Shown: in pieces, positions 54,453-63,395 of the stretch
Layout: every line of letters begins with the position of its first letter
How positions within the stretch are numbered: position 1 is the stretch's first letter
IMG/VR virus record: IMGVR_UViG_3300020392_000005
Source: a virus
Reading direction: 5' to 3' (one strand)
Length of the DNA stretch: 64,000 nt
The notes under the pieces: generated by a model
What the model saw: the letters and a program-made list of their open reading frames with translations, nothing else
What the model was told of the DNA's origin: nothing
Databases searched by the model: none
Made by a program: the position numbers and the translations under genes

Positions 54453-55100
54453 TTATAGTTTTTTTAAGAAATCTTTGAATACATTTGCCTTAGCTTCTGC
54501 AATTTTCAGTCGTTTTGCTTGTGCTATATACTCTTTATACTCTTCAATCTCTCTTTCTTTTATAACGCCATTGTCCCAAACCCACTCTTTATTCTCCATA
54601 ATACCTTCTACGAAAGCGTCTGGAGCGCTTGGGTCTGCAACTATATCAGCAGCTGTTGCCAAATAGAAGTCTTTTCCGACTACTGCTTGACCACCTCTAC
54701 CTCTTTCTAATGAACCCATACCACGACTTGATACGCCTAATTTAGCGCCCTCATCTATAAGATTTTTTACTATCTTACCGTATGGAGTGTCCATTATCTT
54801 CGCCTCACCAATAAAATTGTTTCCATCTTCGTGTATATCTGTTATCATATGAGATACACGCTCAAGGTTTACCGTAGGTCCGTCAGGATGTCCTAACTCG
54901 CCGAACGCTCTTTTTTGGTTGACAAATTCTCTATTATATCTACTAACTTCTTTTGCTAGAGTTTCTTTAGGATAAACTCGTCCATTTCTATTTTTGATTT
55001 CTGATTGTAAGAAGACACCACGGATTTTGTAATTCTTTTTTCCGCCTACATCTTCGCATATGTACTCAACATTTTCAACTTGTTCAGTAATTAGTTTCAT
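54453..55100 (-). CDS. 21: Prohead protease (T4 gp21)
   Basis: NRNGRVYP, GELGHP, GVSSRG.GS, DIVADPSAPDA. Confidence 0.97.
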   Translation of the reverse strand: MKLITEQVENVEYICEDVGGKKNYKIRGVFLQSEIKNRNGRVYPKETLAKEVSRYNREFVNQKRAFGELGHPDGPTVNLERVSHMITDIHEDGNNFIGEAKIMDTPYGKIVKNLIDEGAKLGVSSRGMGSLERGRGGQAVVGKDFYLATAADIVADPSAPDAFVEGIMENKEWVWDNGVIKEREIEEYKEYIAQAKRLKIAEAKANVFKDFLKKL

Positions 55101-55124
55101 ATGAATTATCCCTCTCTTTCCTAA

Positions 55125-55132
55125 TATTTATA
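55125..55132 (-). promoter_or_regulatory. Late promoter TATAAATA for gene 21
   Basis: Exact consensus. Confidence 0.85.
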
Positions 55133-55139
55133 ATATTTT

Positions 55140-55535
55140 TTATCTAAATTCAACAACTAAAGTATAGTTATCGCCTAACGCAAAGTTTTTAGTTGATAGA
55201 TGTACTTTTCCGTTAGGTGTTGTTGCATTATTAGGAATATCGTTACCAGCAGTTCTAAAATCTAGGTATCCGTTACCACTTAATAAAAGTGTAGTAGTGT
55301 TCTCCGTTGCACCTCCCCAGGCTAACTCAACTGCTGATTTTGAGTTTGCAACATTTATAGAGTACCAGACTTTTGATATTGATTTAGTACCATCAGCGGT
55401 CATAAAATTTGAAGTCGCTGGGTCTACTAATACACTATCAGTTTCGCCTGTACCATCACTATGGTTTGTTCTCTTTACAACAAATTTAACACCTGCTGTA
55501 TCGGCTACTACCTGCGTTGTAATTGCGTCTGCCAT
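55140..55535 (-). CDS. Hypothetical head-cluster protein
   Basis: ORF track; resembles adjacent 55535..55882. Confidence 0.6.
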   Translation of the reverse strand: MADAITTQVVADTAGVKFVVKRTNHSDGTGETDSVLVDPATSNFMTADGTKSISKVWYSINVANSKSAVELAWGGATENTTTLLLSGNGYLDFRTAGNDIPNNATTPNGKVHLSTKNFALGDNYTLVVEFR

Positions 55536-55882
55536 TATCCTGGATACCTCTCCGTTTCTTTATGCAGTTCTACTGCCATATTAAATTTACTTACATTAGC
55601 ATCCGTAGTAATTTTTAACTCGGTTGCTGTATTAAGTTCTTGTTGAGGTACTAATCTGGCCTCGCCATTTTTTAAACCCCAATTACCAAAACCTGTAAGT
55701 TCTAATGTATCACTTCCTATTGTTAGAGTAGCAGTTCCTGTTCCTCTAATCTCATAATATACATTAGCTAGTGAAACGCTTTTATCGGAACTATACAAAG
55801 TTCCACTTTCGTTATCAGCGCCACTAGCATTAACAATTGCTTTAGTAGCGTCATCTGTTTTAGAGACAACACTTAAAGTCAT
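55535..55882 (-). CDS. Hypothetical head-cluster protein
   Basis: ORF track. Confidence 0.6.
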   Translation of the reverse strand: MTLSVVSKTDDATKAIVNASGADNESGTLYSSDKSVSLANVYYEIRGTGTATLTIGSDTLELTGFGNWGLKNGEARLVPQQELNTATELKITTDANVSKFNMAVELHKETERYPG

Positions 55883-55884
55883 TT

Positions 55885-56121
55885 TTATTCCTCAAAGTAT
55901 GCTTTAATGTCGTCAGCAGATATACCACTTGCAGCTGCAACTTCATCAACTTTAGTTTCAATTATGCTTACTAAATCTTGTGGTTCTGACCAATCAATAC
56001 CATCTAGTCCTTCAATCAATCCTTTGATAGCGTCTTTTGTTGCAGGCGCCAAAGCATTGTATCTGTCGTTTCCTAGAAATCCTGATACATTACCAACTAT
56101 ACTTGATACCGTTAATGCCAT
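55885..56121 (-). CDS. Small acidic head-cluster protein
   Basis: ORF track; GGAG RBS. Confidence 0.6.
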   Translation of the reverse strand: MALTVSSIVGNVSGFLGNDRYNALAPATKDAIKGLIEGLDGIDWSEPQDLVSIIETKVDEVAAASGISADDIKAYFEE

Positions 56122-56123
56122 TT

Positions 56124-56480
56124 TTATTCTCCTGTTTTAACTTCTGTTTCTGTACTTGTTTCAGGATTATGTGCAGCTTGCACTTCGTCCTGTGTAGCTT
56201 GTGCCGTAAACGGTTCCGCAACTTCTGGTTTTGGATCCGAGTGAGGTTGTGCTGTATCTACTGCTACTTCAGTTGCACCATCAGACGGAGTTCCAGTCAT
56301 AACATCTCTAGCGGCATTGAAAAGATTACTTGCATATTCTTTTCTACCTGTATCTAAAGCGTCACCAACTTTATCTCTCATTGCGTCTTTAAATGCTTCA
56401 CCAGCACCTGTATTATCTCCACTTGCAAGTTTATCAACAAATGTTTCTACATTACTTGGTTGTTTTTCATTATCAGCCAT
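56124..56480 (-). CDS. Probable prohead core protein (gp67-like position)
   Basis: Acidic; A...FKDAM..KV..ALD; directly after gene 20. Confidence 0.55.
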   Translation of the reverse strand: MADNEKQPSNVETFVDKLASGDNTGAGEAFKDAMRDKVGDALDTGRKEYASNLFNAARDVMTGTPSDGATEVAVDTAQPHSDPKPEVAEPFTAQATQDEVQAAHNPETSTETEVKTGE

Positions 56481-56490
56481 ATTATTTCTC

Positions 56491-58017
56491 CTATATTATT
56501 TCGTCTGGTTCATTGCCTGACACACTAGTTTGTGGACTTGCAATAATACCATCATCAATTTCTCTTTTGATTTCGTTATCAATGTCAGATATTTCTCTTT
56601 CAGATTGTTTCAATATGTTTTTTCTAACATAGTTGACTGAAAAATATTTACCAACATAGTCTCTTACATCATTAGCAAGAGCAATTCTTTCTCTTAATAA
56701 CTCAGCGTTTTTAAGTTCGCTGAAATGACCATCGGCAAGAAAATCATATTTGATTTTCTCTTTCATATCTATCCAATCGTCATCATTGATTATTGATTTA
56801 AGAACCAATTGAGTTCTTAATAAATCATTAAACAATTCTGTAAATTTCTTTCTTAATCTTTGTACAAACTTTGTAAATTTAAGTTCGTCTCTAGTTATCT
56901 CGGTACTTCTACCTAGATTGAAACCTTGACTACTTTCTAATCTACTAATAGGTACATTTAGAGAACGATATAGTTTTCTTTGGAAGTATTCTATATCTGC
57001 AACTTCACCTAGGTTTTGACCACCAGGTAATGTAGATATATCAGTTCCTCTACCACCTTCTCTACTAGGTAACCAAAAGTCTTCAAGCATAGACATATAG
57101 TTTCTATCGTCTCTAATCTCTCCTGTACTTGCGTCATAGACAAGTTTGTTTCTGTATCTTGCCATAACATCACGGAGATATTGCTCTGCTTTTACTTTAG
57201 GTAAGTTACCTACATCAATCTTAAATATTCTTCTTTCAGGTGCTCTTGCAATTCTGTAAATAACAACAGCGTCTTCAATCATACGCAATTGATTTACAGG
57301 TTTGATTGCCTTATGTAAATAAGACATAACCATATTTTTGTTCAAGTCTACTAAACCACTTGGACAAAAAGATATAGCGTCTGGTGCAATCTTAATACCA
57401 CCACTTGCCATACCAGGTCCTGCAACACCTTTTTCATTGTATAAAAAGTATTCGTTATAGTCGTGTACCACTTGTATGTTTGCCATAGCAACTGGACGAC
57501 CTTTTTTAATTTCTCTTAACTTCTTAATCTTTCTAGGGTCTATGTATCGTAATTCAGTAATACCCTTAACTGGACTTTCTCTATCAATAATCTTATGATA
57601 GTATATTCTTCCGTCTACATACCATCTACGAAAGATATCGTGTCCTCTTGTAGAAAAATTAAGTAGTCTTAATATTTCTTTAAATTCATCTTCAATTTTT
57701 CGTTTAATTGCACTTGAAAGTGTTGTATCAGATAAGTCAACTCTAACTGGATCCTTATCAATTTCATTTGCCACTATGGCTTCGTTTACGATATCCTCTA
57801 TGGCCATATCGCACTCTGGATGAATTGATACCTCTCTATATCTCCTAATTAAGTCTTGCTCAGTTTTCGCCGTACCTTCCATATCAAGGTACTGACCAAA
57901 ATAACCTCCAGCGGCGACGGTTTGTGTACCGTCATCCGCTTTAGGTTGAGTAAAACTTTGTTTAGGGTCTACTTTAGGTTTAGTTCTAGTTATCTGAAAA
58001 CCGAAAAGCTCTGCCAT
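56491..58017 (-). CDS. 20: Portal protein (T4 gp20)
   Basis: WYVDGR, YRIARAPERR.F.IDVGNLP, EDFWLP.REGGRGT. Confidence 0.97.
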   Translation of the reverse strand: MAELFGFQITRTKPKVDPKQSFTQPKADDGTQTVAAGGYFGQYLDMEGTAKTEQDLIRRYREVSIHPECDMAIEDIVNEAIVANEIDKDPVRVDLSDTTLSSAIKRKIEDEFKEILRLLNFSTRGHDIFRRWYVDGRIYYHKIIDRESPVKGITELRYIDPRKIKKLREIKKGRPVAMANIQVVHDYNEYFLYNEKGVAGPGMASGGIKIAPDAISFCPSGLVDLNKNMVMSYLHKAIKPVNQLRMIEDAVVIYRIARAPERRIFKIDVGNLPKVKAEQYLRDVMARYRNKLVYDASTGEIRDDRNYMSMLEDFWLPSREGGRGTDISTLPGGQNLGEVADIEYFQRKLYRSLNVPISRLESSQGFNLGRSTEITRDELKFTKFVQRLRKKFTELFNDLLRTQLVLKSIINDDDWIDMKEKIKYDFLADGHFSELKNAELLRERIALANDVRDYVGKYFSVNYVRKNILKQSEREISDIDNEIKREIDDGIIASPQTSVSGNEPDEII

Positions 58018-58056
58018 TTTATATCCTCAAAGTTTTATTATATATTTAGTCTACTA

Positions 58057-58584
58057 TTAAGTAGTTGTTCTTGCTTCAAAGAACAAGTATCTAAACGATA
58101 CTTCAAAAGTTTCAACTGCTTCTGTCGGTTCCATAGACAAGTCTATCGCACCAATAGATACTGGAAAGCATCCTCTTAATGTGTAAGACTTAATCGTGCC
58201 ACCATTTCTGTCAAGGTGGTCAATAAAAGCGTCAACTTGATAGTCTGCTGGATTTACTAATCCTTCGTTATCAGACATATTGTTGATACCATTTTGCCAT
58301 CTTTCAAAAGCGTCTCTTAATTTAAAGTTTGTATCGTTAAGTACCGTTATGTTCCAAGGTTCAAAAGTTCTATCAGCTGCAAGATATATTGGTCTACCAC
58401 GGAAGTTAACCGTTGTTGTACCGATACTCATAGCAGGAATAGAAGTTGCATTACATAAGAACGCTAACTCTTCTGTTTCTCCACCAACTTGGGCGTAACC
58501 AGGAAAAGGCATTGTAACCTTAAACTGATTGGCTCTTGCGCCGCCGCCAGTAAGTTTAGTTTTGAAGTCATTAATGTTTGCCAT
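58057..58584 (-). CDS. 19: Tail tube protein (T4 gp19)
   Basis: GGAR.NQF, FRGR....DRTF..W..TV.ND. Confidence 0.93.
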   Translation of the reverse strand: MANINDFKTKLTGGGARANQFKVTMPFPGYAQVGGETEELAFLCNATSIPAMSIGTTTVNFRGRPIYLAADRTFEPWNITVLNDTNFKLRDAFERWQNGINNMSDNEGLVNPADYQVDAFIDHLDRNGGTIKSYTLRGCFPVSIGAIDLSMEPTEAVETFEVSFRYLFFEARTTT

Positions 58585-58605
58585 TGTTTATTTTCCTCTC
58601 TACTA

Positions 58606-60540
58606 TTAACCTGCTATCTCTTCAAAAGAGACACCAGTTCTGGTTGCAACGAAAGATAAAGTGATAAAGTTGATACTTCTTGCTGGTTTTACAAAAATCT
58701 CAGCAATAAATTCGTTTCTATCAATTACTTCGCCTGTGTTGTTTGTTTCATCACACACTACTAAAAAGTCTGTGATACCTCGTCTACCTTGTACTTCTCT
58801 TAGGAAAGGTTCTACTAGGTTTCTAAAGTTCGCTCTTGTAAACTCGTCATTAAATTCAAAGAGTTGGAATTTAGAAGCTGTCGCAATCGCCTTTTCTAAA
58901 ACGATAAACAATCTTCTTACATTTATTCTATCAAACGCAGAAGGTTTTGCCAATCCAGTTTTGTCTCCGAAAAGAACAATACCTTGACCTGGGAATGAAA
59001 CAACTGGGTTTATTCTCGCTCTGTATAGTTCGTCTCTTTGAGTTTTATTTGGATTGTAAGCAAGTTTACTAGCACCTCTAATAATACCTCTGTTTAATCC
59101 TGCAGGACTAAACCAAGCGTCATTAGTTAAATCAGTTCTAGCAGCCAAGCCAGCCATATCTCCGTTTAGCGGAACATATCTGAATACATCATTGTATCTG
59201 TCGTACATATATTTGTAACCACTATCAAATATTACATATGAAGATGATTGTATTGCATTGAAGAAAGCAAGTACATTGTTTGTTTGATTGATAGCTGATG
59301 TAATACCTACTACATCGCTTCTTTGTGGACTTGCAAATACAACAGCGTCTTTTCTTGTTTCAGCGATTGTAATTAAATCACCGATTAAAGTTGCTGAAGC
59401 GTTACCAGCCATTATCAAACTAACATCTACGGATTCACTATCTTGGAATAATTCAAACGCAGACTTTCTAACACCGTCAGTTGCCGTACCATCATCACCA
59501 CCTGCGAAAGATAATGCGATAGGAGCGGTAACATCTGTAAATGTTTTACCTGCTTTTGCGTCTCCCCAATTTGTTCCGTTAGAGTTGTGGTCTCCCCAAT
59601 AAATCATACCAGATTTTCTGTATATGACTTCTGGATAGAAGTTGTTATTTCCACTTGCGTCTTTAGCGTCTTTAGCTTTTGAAACACCTTCAAAAACTTC
59701 TAACACTTCGCCTTTTGTTCCGTTTATAGTACCATCGGCGTCTACTACGATAATGTGCATTTCGTCATTAGAACCACCAGCAGCAGATACATCTGGAGAA
59801 GTTCCTGGAGCACCAGACACTTGGTCATAGTACTTCCATCTTCTTCTTACATTTGCACCGTTTGTGATAACTCTACTTAATCCGCCAGTACCAACACTTT
59901 TCTTTAATGTGATATCGTTAGAAGAAACTTGCGTTACCTCGTACTCAACACCATCATCATAGTCGTTAGTTCCTGCAGAAGTTGAAAAAGCGATAATATC
60001 GCCTACACCTATATTAGTTCCACTTGTAACCGTAATTGTAGTGTCACCCACAGAAACAGCACTATCGTTAACGGTTGTTACCGCAACGGCTTCATATGCT
60101 GTAGCTGAAGGACAAACAGAAACTTCTAAACTATTTCCGTATGCACCAGCAAATCTTGCTACAAATTCTACGCCAGAGATACCAGTATACGCACCACTAG
60201 CTAAATAACTAGTGTTATAATCATTTGTATTTCTCACCAATAAAGCTGTACCAGAGTTGGTAACAGCGTTCTTAATACCTGTATTTTCAGTTCGTACAAC
60301 TTTTAAGGCGTTTGAGTATTGCAGAAAAGATGAAGCAGTAAAATACTCTTCAAAATTATCTGTTGTCGGTTTACCAAACAAACTTACTAGGTCTTGTTCA
60401 TTAGAGATTAATGTAATCTCTCCAACTGGTCCTCTTTTAGCACTAAAAGCGTATGCGCCAATGCTAGTAGAAACAGCAGGAACTATGTTAGTAAGGTCCT
60501 TTTCTTGTACGAGAACCCCAGGTGATACTTGAAATGCCAT
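58606..60540 (-). CDS. 18: Tail sheath protein (T4 gp18)
   Basis: SPGV...E.DLT, WFSPAG..RG, FDRINVRRLF, KPARSINFI. Confidence 0.97.
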   Translation of the reverse strand: MAFQVSPGVLVQEKDLTNIVPAVSTSIGAYAFSAKRGPVGEITLISNEQDLVSLFGKPTTDNFEEYFTASSFLQYSNALKVVRTENTGIKNAVTNSGTALLVRNTNDYNTSYLASGAYTGISGVEFVARFAGAYGNSLEVSVCPSATAYEAVAVTTVNDSAVSVGDTTITVTSGTNIGVGDIIAFSTSAGTNDYDDGVEYEVTQVSSNDITLKKSVGTGGLSRVITNGANVRRRWKYYDQVSGAPGTSPDVSAAGGSNDEMHIIVVDADGTINGTKGEVLEVFEGVSKAKDAKDASGNNNFYPEVIYRKSGMIYWGDHNSNGTNWGDAKAGKTFTDVTAPIALSFAGGDDGTATDGVRKSAFELFQDSESVDVSLIMAGNASATLIGDLITIAETRKDAVVFASPQRSDVVGITSAINQTNNVLAFFNAIQSSSYVIFDSGYKYMYDRYNDVFRYVPLNGDMAGLAARTDLTNDAWFSPAGLNRGIIRGASKLAYNPNKTQRDELYRARINPVVSFPGQGIVLFGDKTGLAKPSAFDRINVRRLFIVLEKAIATASKFQLFEFNDEFTRANFRNLVEPFLREVQGRRGITDFLVVCDETNNTGEVIDRNEFIAEIFVKPARSINFITLSFVATRTGVSFEEIAG

Positions 60541-60651
60541 TAGGTTTCTCCTCTATTTGTTATTTGTATTTAAATTTAAATACATAATGTTTCCTTTTAG
60601 TTCAAAATTCGTATTATTCATACGCCCATTGCAAATTTTCTCAATCAATAC

Positions 60652-60659
60652 TATTTATT
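60652..60659 (-). promoter_or_regulatory. Late promoter variant AATAAATA for gene 18
   Basis: One mismatch to consensus; intergenic. Confidence 0.65.
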
Positions 60660-60675
60660 ATATGCCATTCCTACA

Positions 60676-62313
60676 CTAGTTACCTTTGCGTACAACAGGA
60701 TGCCAGACCGTTCCATACTCATCAACGGTGGGTTTTTCCTCTTCAGGAGTGCCATCATCTACGAATCCAAAAGGTGCCATATCCTGCTCTATGAGTTTTT
60801 CCTGTTCTCTATACATTTCTGCTCGTATATTTCTATCGGTCATTTCTTTAAAGTATCTTTGATTGACTAACCAACCGAATATTACGAGACAGGTCATAAG
60901 GTCATCATTACAACCTTCTTCTGCTTGCCAAGATTGATTTTTTCTGACAAAGGTTGACATTTCTTCTATAATTTTAAAATCATTGATAACAAGTTTATCT
61001 GCTTCAATGATTGCTTTGATATTTGCAGTTCCCATTTTCTTAATCTGTTTAGTCATACGAACACCTAGTTGTGAACCTCTTTGACTAAACATTGCACCTA
61101 GTATCTGACCTGCTCTACCTTTTTGAGTAGTCATTAATATATTATCATACTCTATCTCAAAGTGTAGACCATCAGATATCTGAGCGCCAATATCATTTAC
61201 TTCAACAAGTATATGTGCCTTGTTATATTGACTACATACTTTCGCAATCATTTCAGGAAACAATATTGGTTTTAATTCATTATCTCTAAATGTTGCAACT
61301 ACTCTATAAGGTAGTTGGGTTACATCATAGATTATAAACGCTGAATAATCTTTTAATGTACCACGAGCAACATCAACACAAGCAACATAAGTGTTACCTT
61401 TTATTGGTTTCTCAAAGATACTTAATCGTCCATTTGTTTGTAATGGTGTTATATACGGTGTCGCTTTAATCTTCGCAGGACTGATTAATGTATCTACTGA
61501 ACCTAAAAACTCACACTCAAATTCACTTGCGAATTGAGTAGCACTTGTATTTCTTATTGTTTCTTCTTTCCACTTTTCGTCTCTACCTGGTACTTCTGAC
61601 CAATGTACTTCCATAGGTACATAGTCATTGTTTTTATTTTCAGCGTCTACCCATAGTTTGTAAAACTGGTTCATACCATAAGGAGTAGAAACGATAATAA
61701 CTTTTGTTTTCTGACCTGAAGTAATCGTAGGATAAACAGACGAGAAAAACTGCTCAGCGATTGTAGTAGGTACGAAAGCAAACTCATCTAAAAATATTAT
61801 GTTGTATGAACCTCCTCGTATCGCACTTGAAGAAGTTGCGGCTGCAACAATTTTAGATTTGTTTTCTAATTCTATATTACCTTTGTTCCAGTTGATTACA
61901 CCTTGTTGTAACCATTTAGGTAAGTTCTCATATGCAAGTTGTAGTCTACCTAGTATATCTCTAGCAGTTGAAGACTTGTTGGCAAGTATCGCTATGTTAG
62001 AGTTAGGATTAAATATTGCATAATGTAATAAGTAAGATATGATAGTTGTAGACTTACCACTTTGTCTAGGCAACTTGTAAATAGTAAATCTATTTTTGTG
62101 CATATTAGTAATCATCTTGTCCTGAAACTTATATGTCTTAAATGGTATAAGTCCTTCGTCAAGTGAAACTATCTGTACATAGTTCTTAATAAAATATAAA
62201 GGGTCTTCTTCACACCTTTTAAATTCTACAATCTGCTCTTCTGTAAATTCAATAGGTGTATTGACTTTCTTTAAATTAGGATTACCTAGATATGCGTCTG
62301 AAAAATTATTCAT
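60676..62313 (-). CDS. 17: Terminase large subunit (T4 gp17)
   Basis: YLGNPNLK, PRQSGKST, LDEFAF, STP.G, DVARG, DDL. Confidence 0.97.
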   Translation of the reverse strand: MNNFSDAYLGNPNLKKVNTPIEFTEEQIVEFKRCEEDPLYFIKNYVQIVSLDEGLIPFKTYKFQDKMITNMHKNRFTIYKLPRQSGKSTTIISYLLHYAIFNPNSNIAILANKSSTARDILGRLQLAYENLPKWLQQGVINWNKGNIELENKSKIVAAATSSSAIRGGSYNIIFLDEFAFVPTTIAEQFFSSVYPTITSGQKTKVIIVSTPYGMNQFYKLWVDAENKNNDYVPMEVHWSEVPGRDEKWKEETIRNTSATQFASEFECEFLGSVDTLISPAKIKATPYITPLQTNGRLSIFEKPIKGNTYVACVDVARGTLKDYSAFIIYDVTQLPYRVVATFRDNELKPILFPEMIAKVCSQYNKAHILVEVNDIGAQISDGLHFEIEYDNILMTTQKGRAGQILGAMFSQRGSQLGVRMTKQIKKMGTANIKAIIEADKLVINDFKIIEEMSTFVRKNQSWQAEEGCNDDLMTCLVIFGWLVNQRYFKEMTDRNIRAEMYREQEKLIEQDMAPFGFVDDGTPEEEKPTVDEYGTVWHPVVRKGN

Positions 62314-62761
62314 CTTTTTTCTTCTCTGGTGTAATATCTTTTATATCTTTATCTTTTATCATCTTTTGTAATTCAGTCGTACTACCTACAAATAATGCGT
62401 TCTTAATTTGAGGACTTGCACTTTTAGGTAGTTCTTTCAAGTCTTTTAATTTCTTATTTAAATCTTGTAGTTTGTCAACGGTGTCTGCTACATTTTTGAT
62501 ACCTGCTAATGCAACTTCATATGCTCTAGGGTGTTGACCTTCTTTTGCAACATCAAGTATACCTTGTATCGCCTCTTGTCCTTTTTCAATTAGATTATAA
62601 TAGTATTCTCTACTATTCTTATGGTCATTATCCACATCTTGCTTTTCTTTATCTTCTTCTCTAGCAACAGGTGGTTTAAATTCTTTTTGTTGCATAAGTT
62701 CAGCGTTAGGTTTACTTTCTACACCTAATATTTCGTTTACTCTATCTTCTAGTTTGCCCAT
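62306..62761 (-). CDS. 16: Terminase small subunit (T4 gp16)
   Basis: HPRAYEVA, NALFVGST.ELQK. Confidence 0.92.
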   Translation of the reverse strand: MGKLEDRVNEILGVESKPNAELMQQKEFKPPVAREEDKEKQDVDNDHKNSREYYYNLIEKGQEAIQGILDVAKEGQHPRAYEVALAGIKNVADTVDKLQDLNKKLKDLKELPKSASPQIKNALFVGSTTELQKMIKDKDIKDITPEKKKDE

Positions 62762-62762
62762 T

Positions 62763-63380
62763 TTATCTTACCGTAAAGTTTGCGTTTAATACTATTCTCC
62801 AGTTTGAGTGAATTGGTAATGATGAAGTGTGAAATATATTACCTTTAAACATAACAGCAGTATTGTTTTTAGGTGCCACTTTTTCTCTTATTGTAAGTTG
62901 TCTATCTTTTACAAACTTACCATCAAACTTCTCATTAAAAAATACCGTATCACCATCGCTATCTTCAGGATAGTAAATTAAATTCCATTGATTATCTTCT
63001 AATCCCCATTTAGTATCATCAATATGAGGTACATTATATTGACCTTCTCTAAATCTAGGATGTGGCATTAGTAAATTAAATTTTAATCTTAATACATCAT
63101 CAACTTCGTAACCACATTTTTGAACCATAACTTTTAGAGACCTATATACACTATCATATGCAGGAGACATAGGTGTTTGTTGAATTGTTTTATTTAAAAT
63201 TAAATGTGTGAATTGCATAGTTCTAAAACTATTCTTATCGTCAACTACGCCAGGGTTGTCTCTAAACTGCTCATCATAAATGTCCTTCGCAATAAACCAA
63301 CCACAATTAAATATATTTTGTTTATACTCTATATCTAAATCATCTGGTAAAGCATTGTCTATCTTTATTATATCGTTCAT
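62763..63380 (-). CDS. 2OG-Fe(II) oxygenase
   Basis: R.K.NL, PHID, IYY..DSDGDT.FF, H.SS.P....RIVLN.N. Confidence 0.8.
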   Translation of the reverse strand: MNDIIKIDNALPDDLDIEYKQNIFNCGWFIAKDIYDEQFRDNPGVVDDKNSFRTMQFTHLILNKTIQQTPMSPAYDSVYRSLKVMVQKCGYEVDDVLRLKFNLLMPHPRFREGQYNVPHIDDTKWGLEDNQWNLIYYPEDSDGDTVFFNEKFDGKFVKDRQLTIREKVAPKNNTAVMFKGNIFHTSSLPIHSNWRIVLNANFTVR

Positions 63381-63395
63381 CTTTTCCTCTCATAA

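Noticed and set aside
21614-62313. Introns, inteins or homing endonucleases in genes 43, 41, 17, 20, 23
   Set aside because: Lengths are normal, frames are continuous, and no HNH, GIY-YIG, LAGLIDADG or intein motifs were seen.
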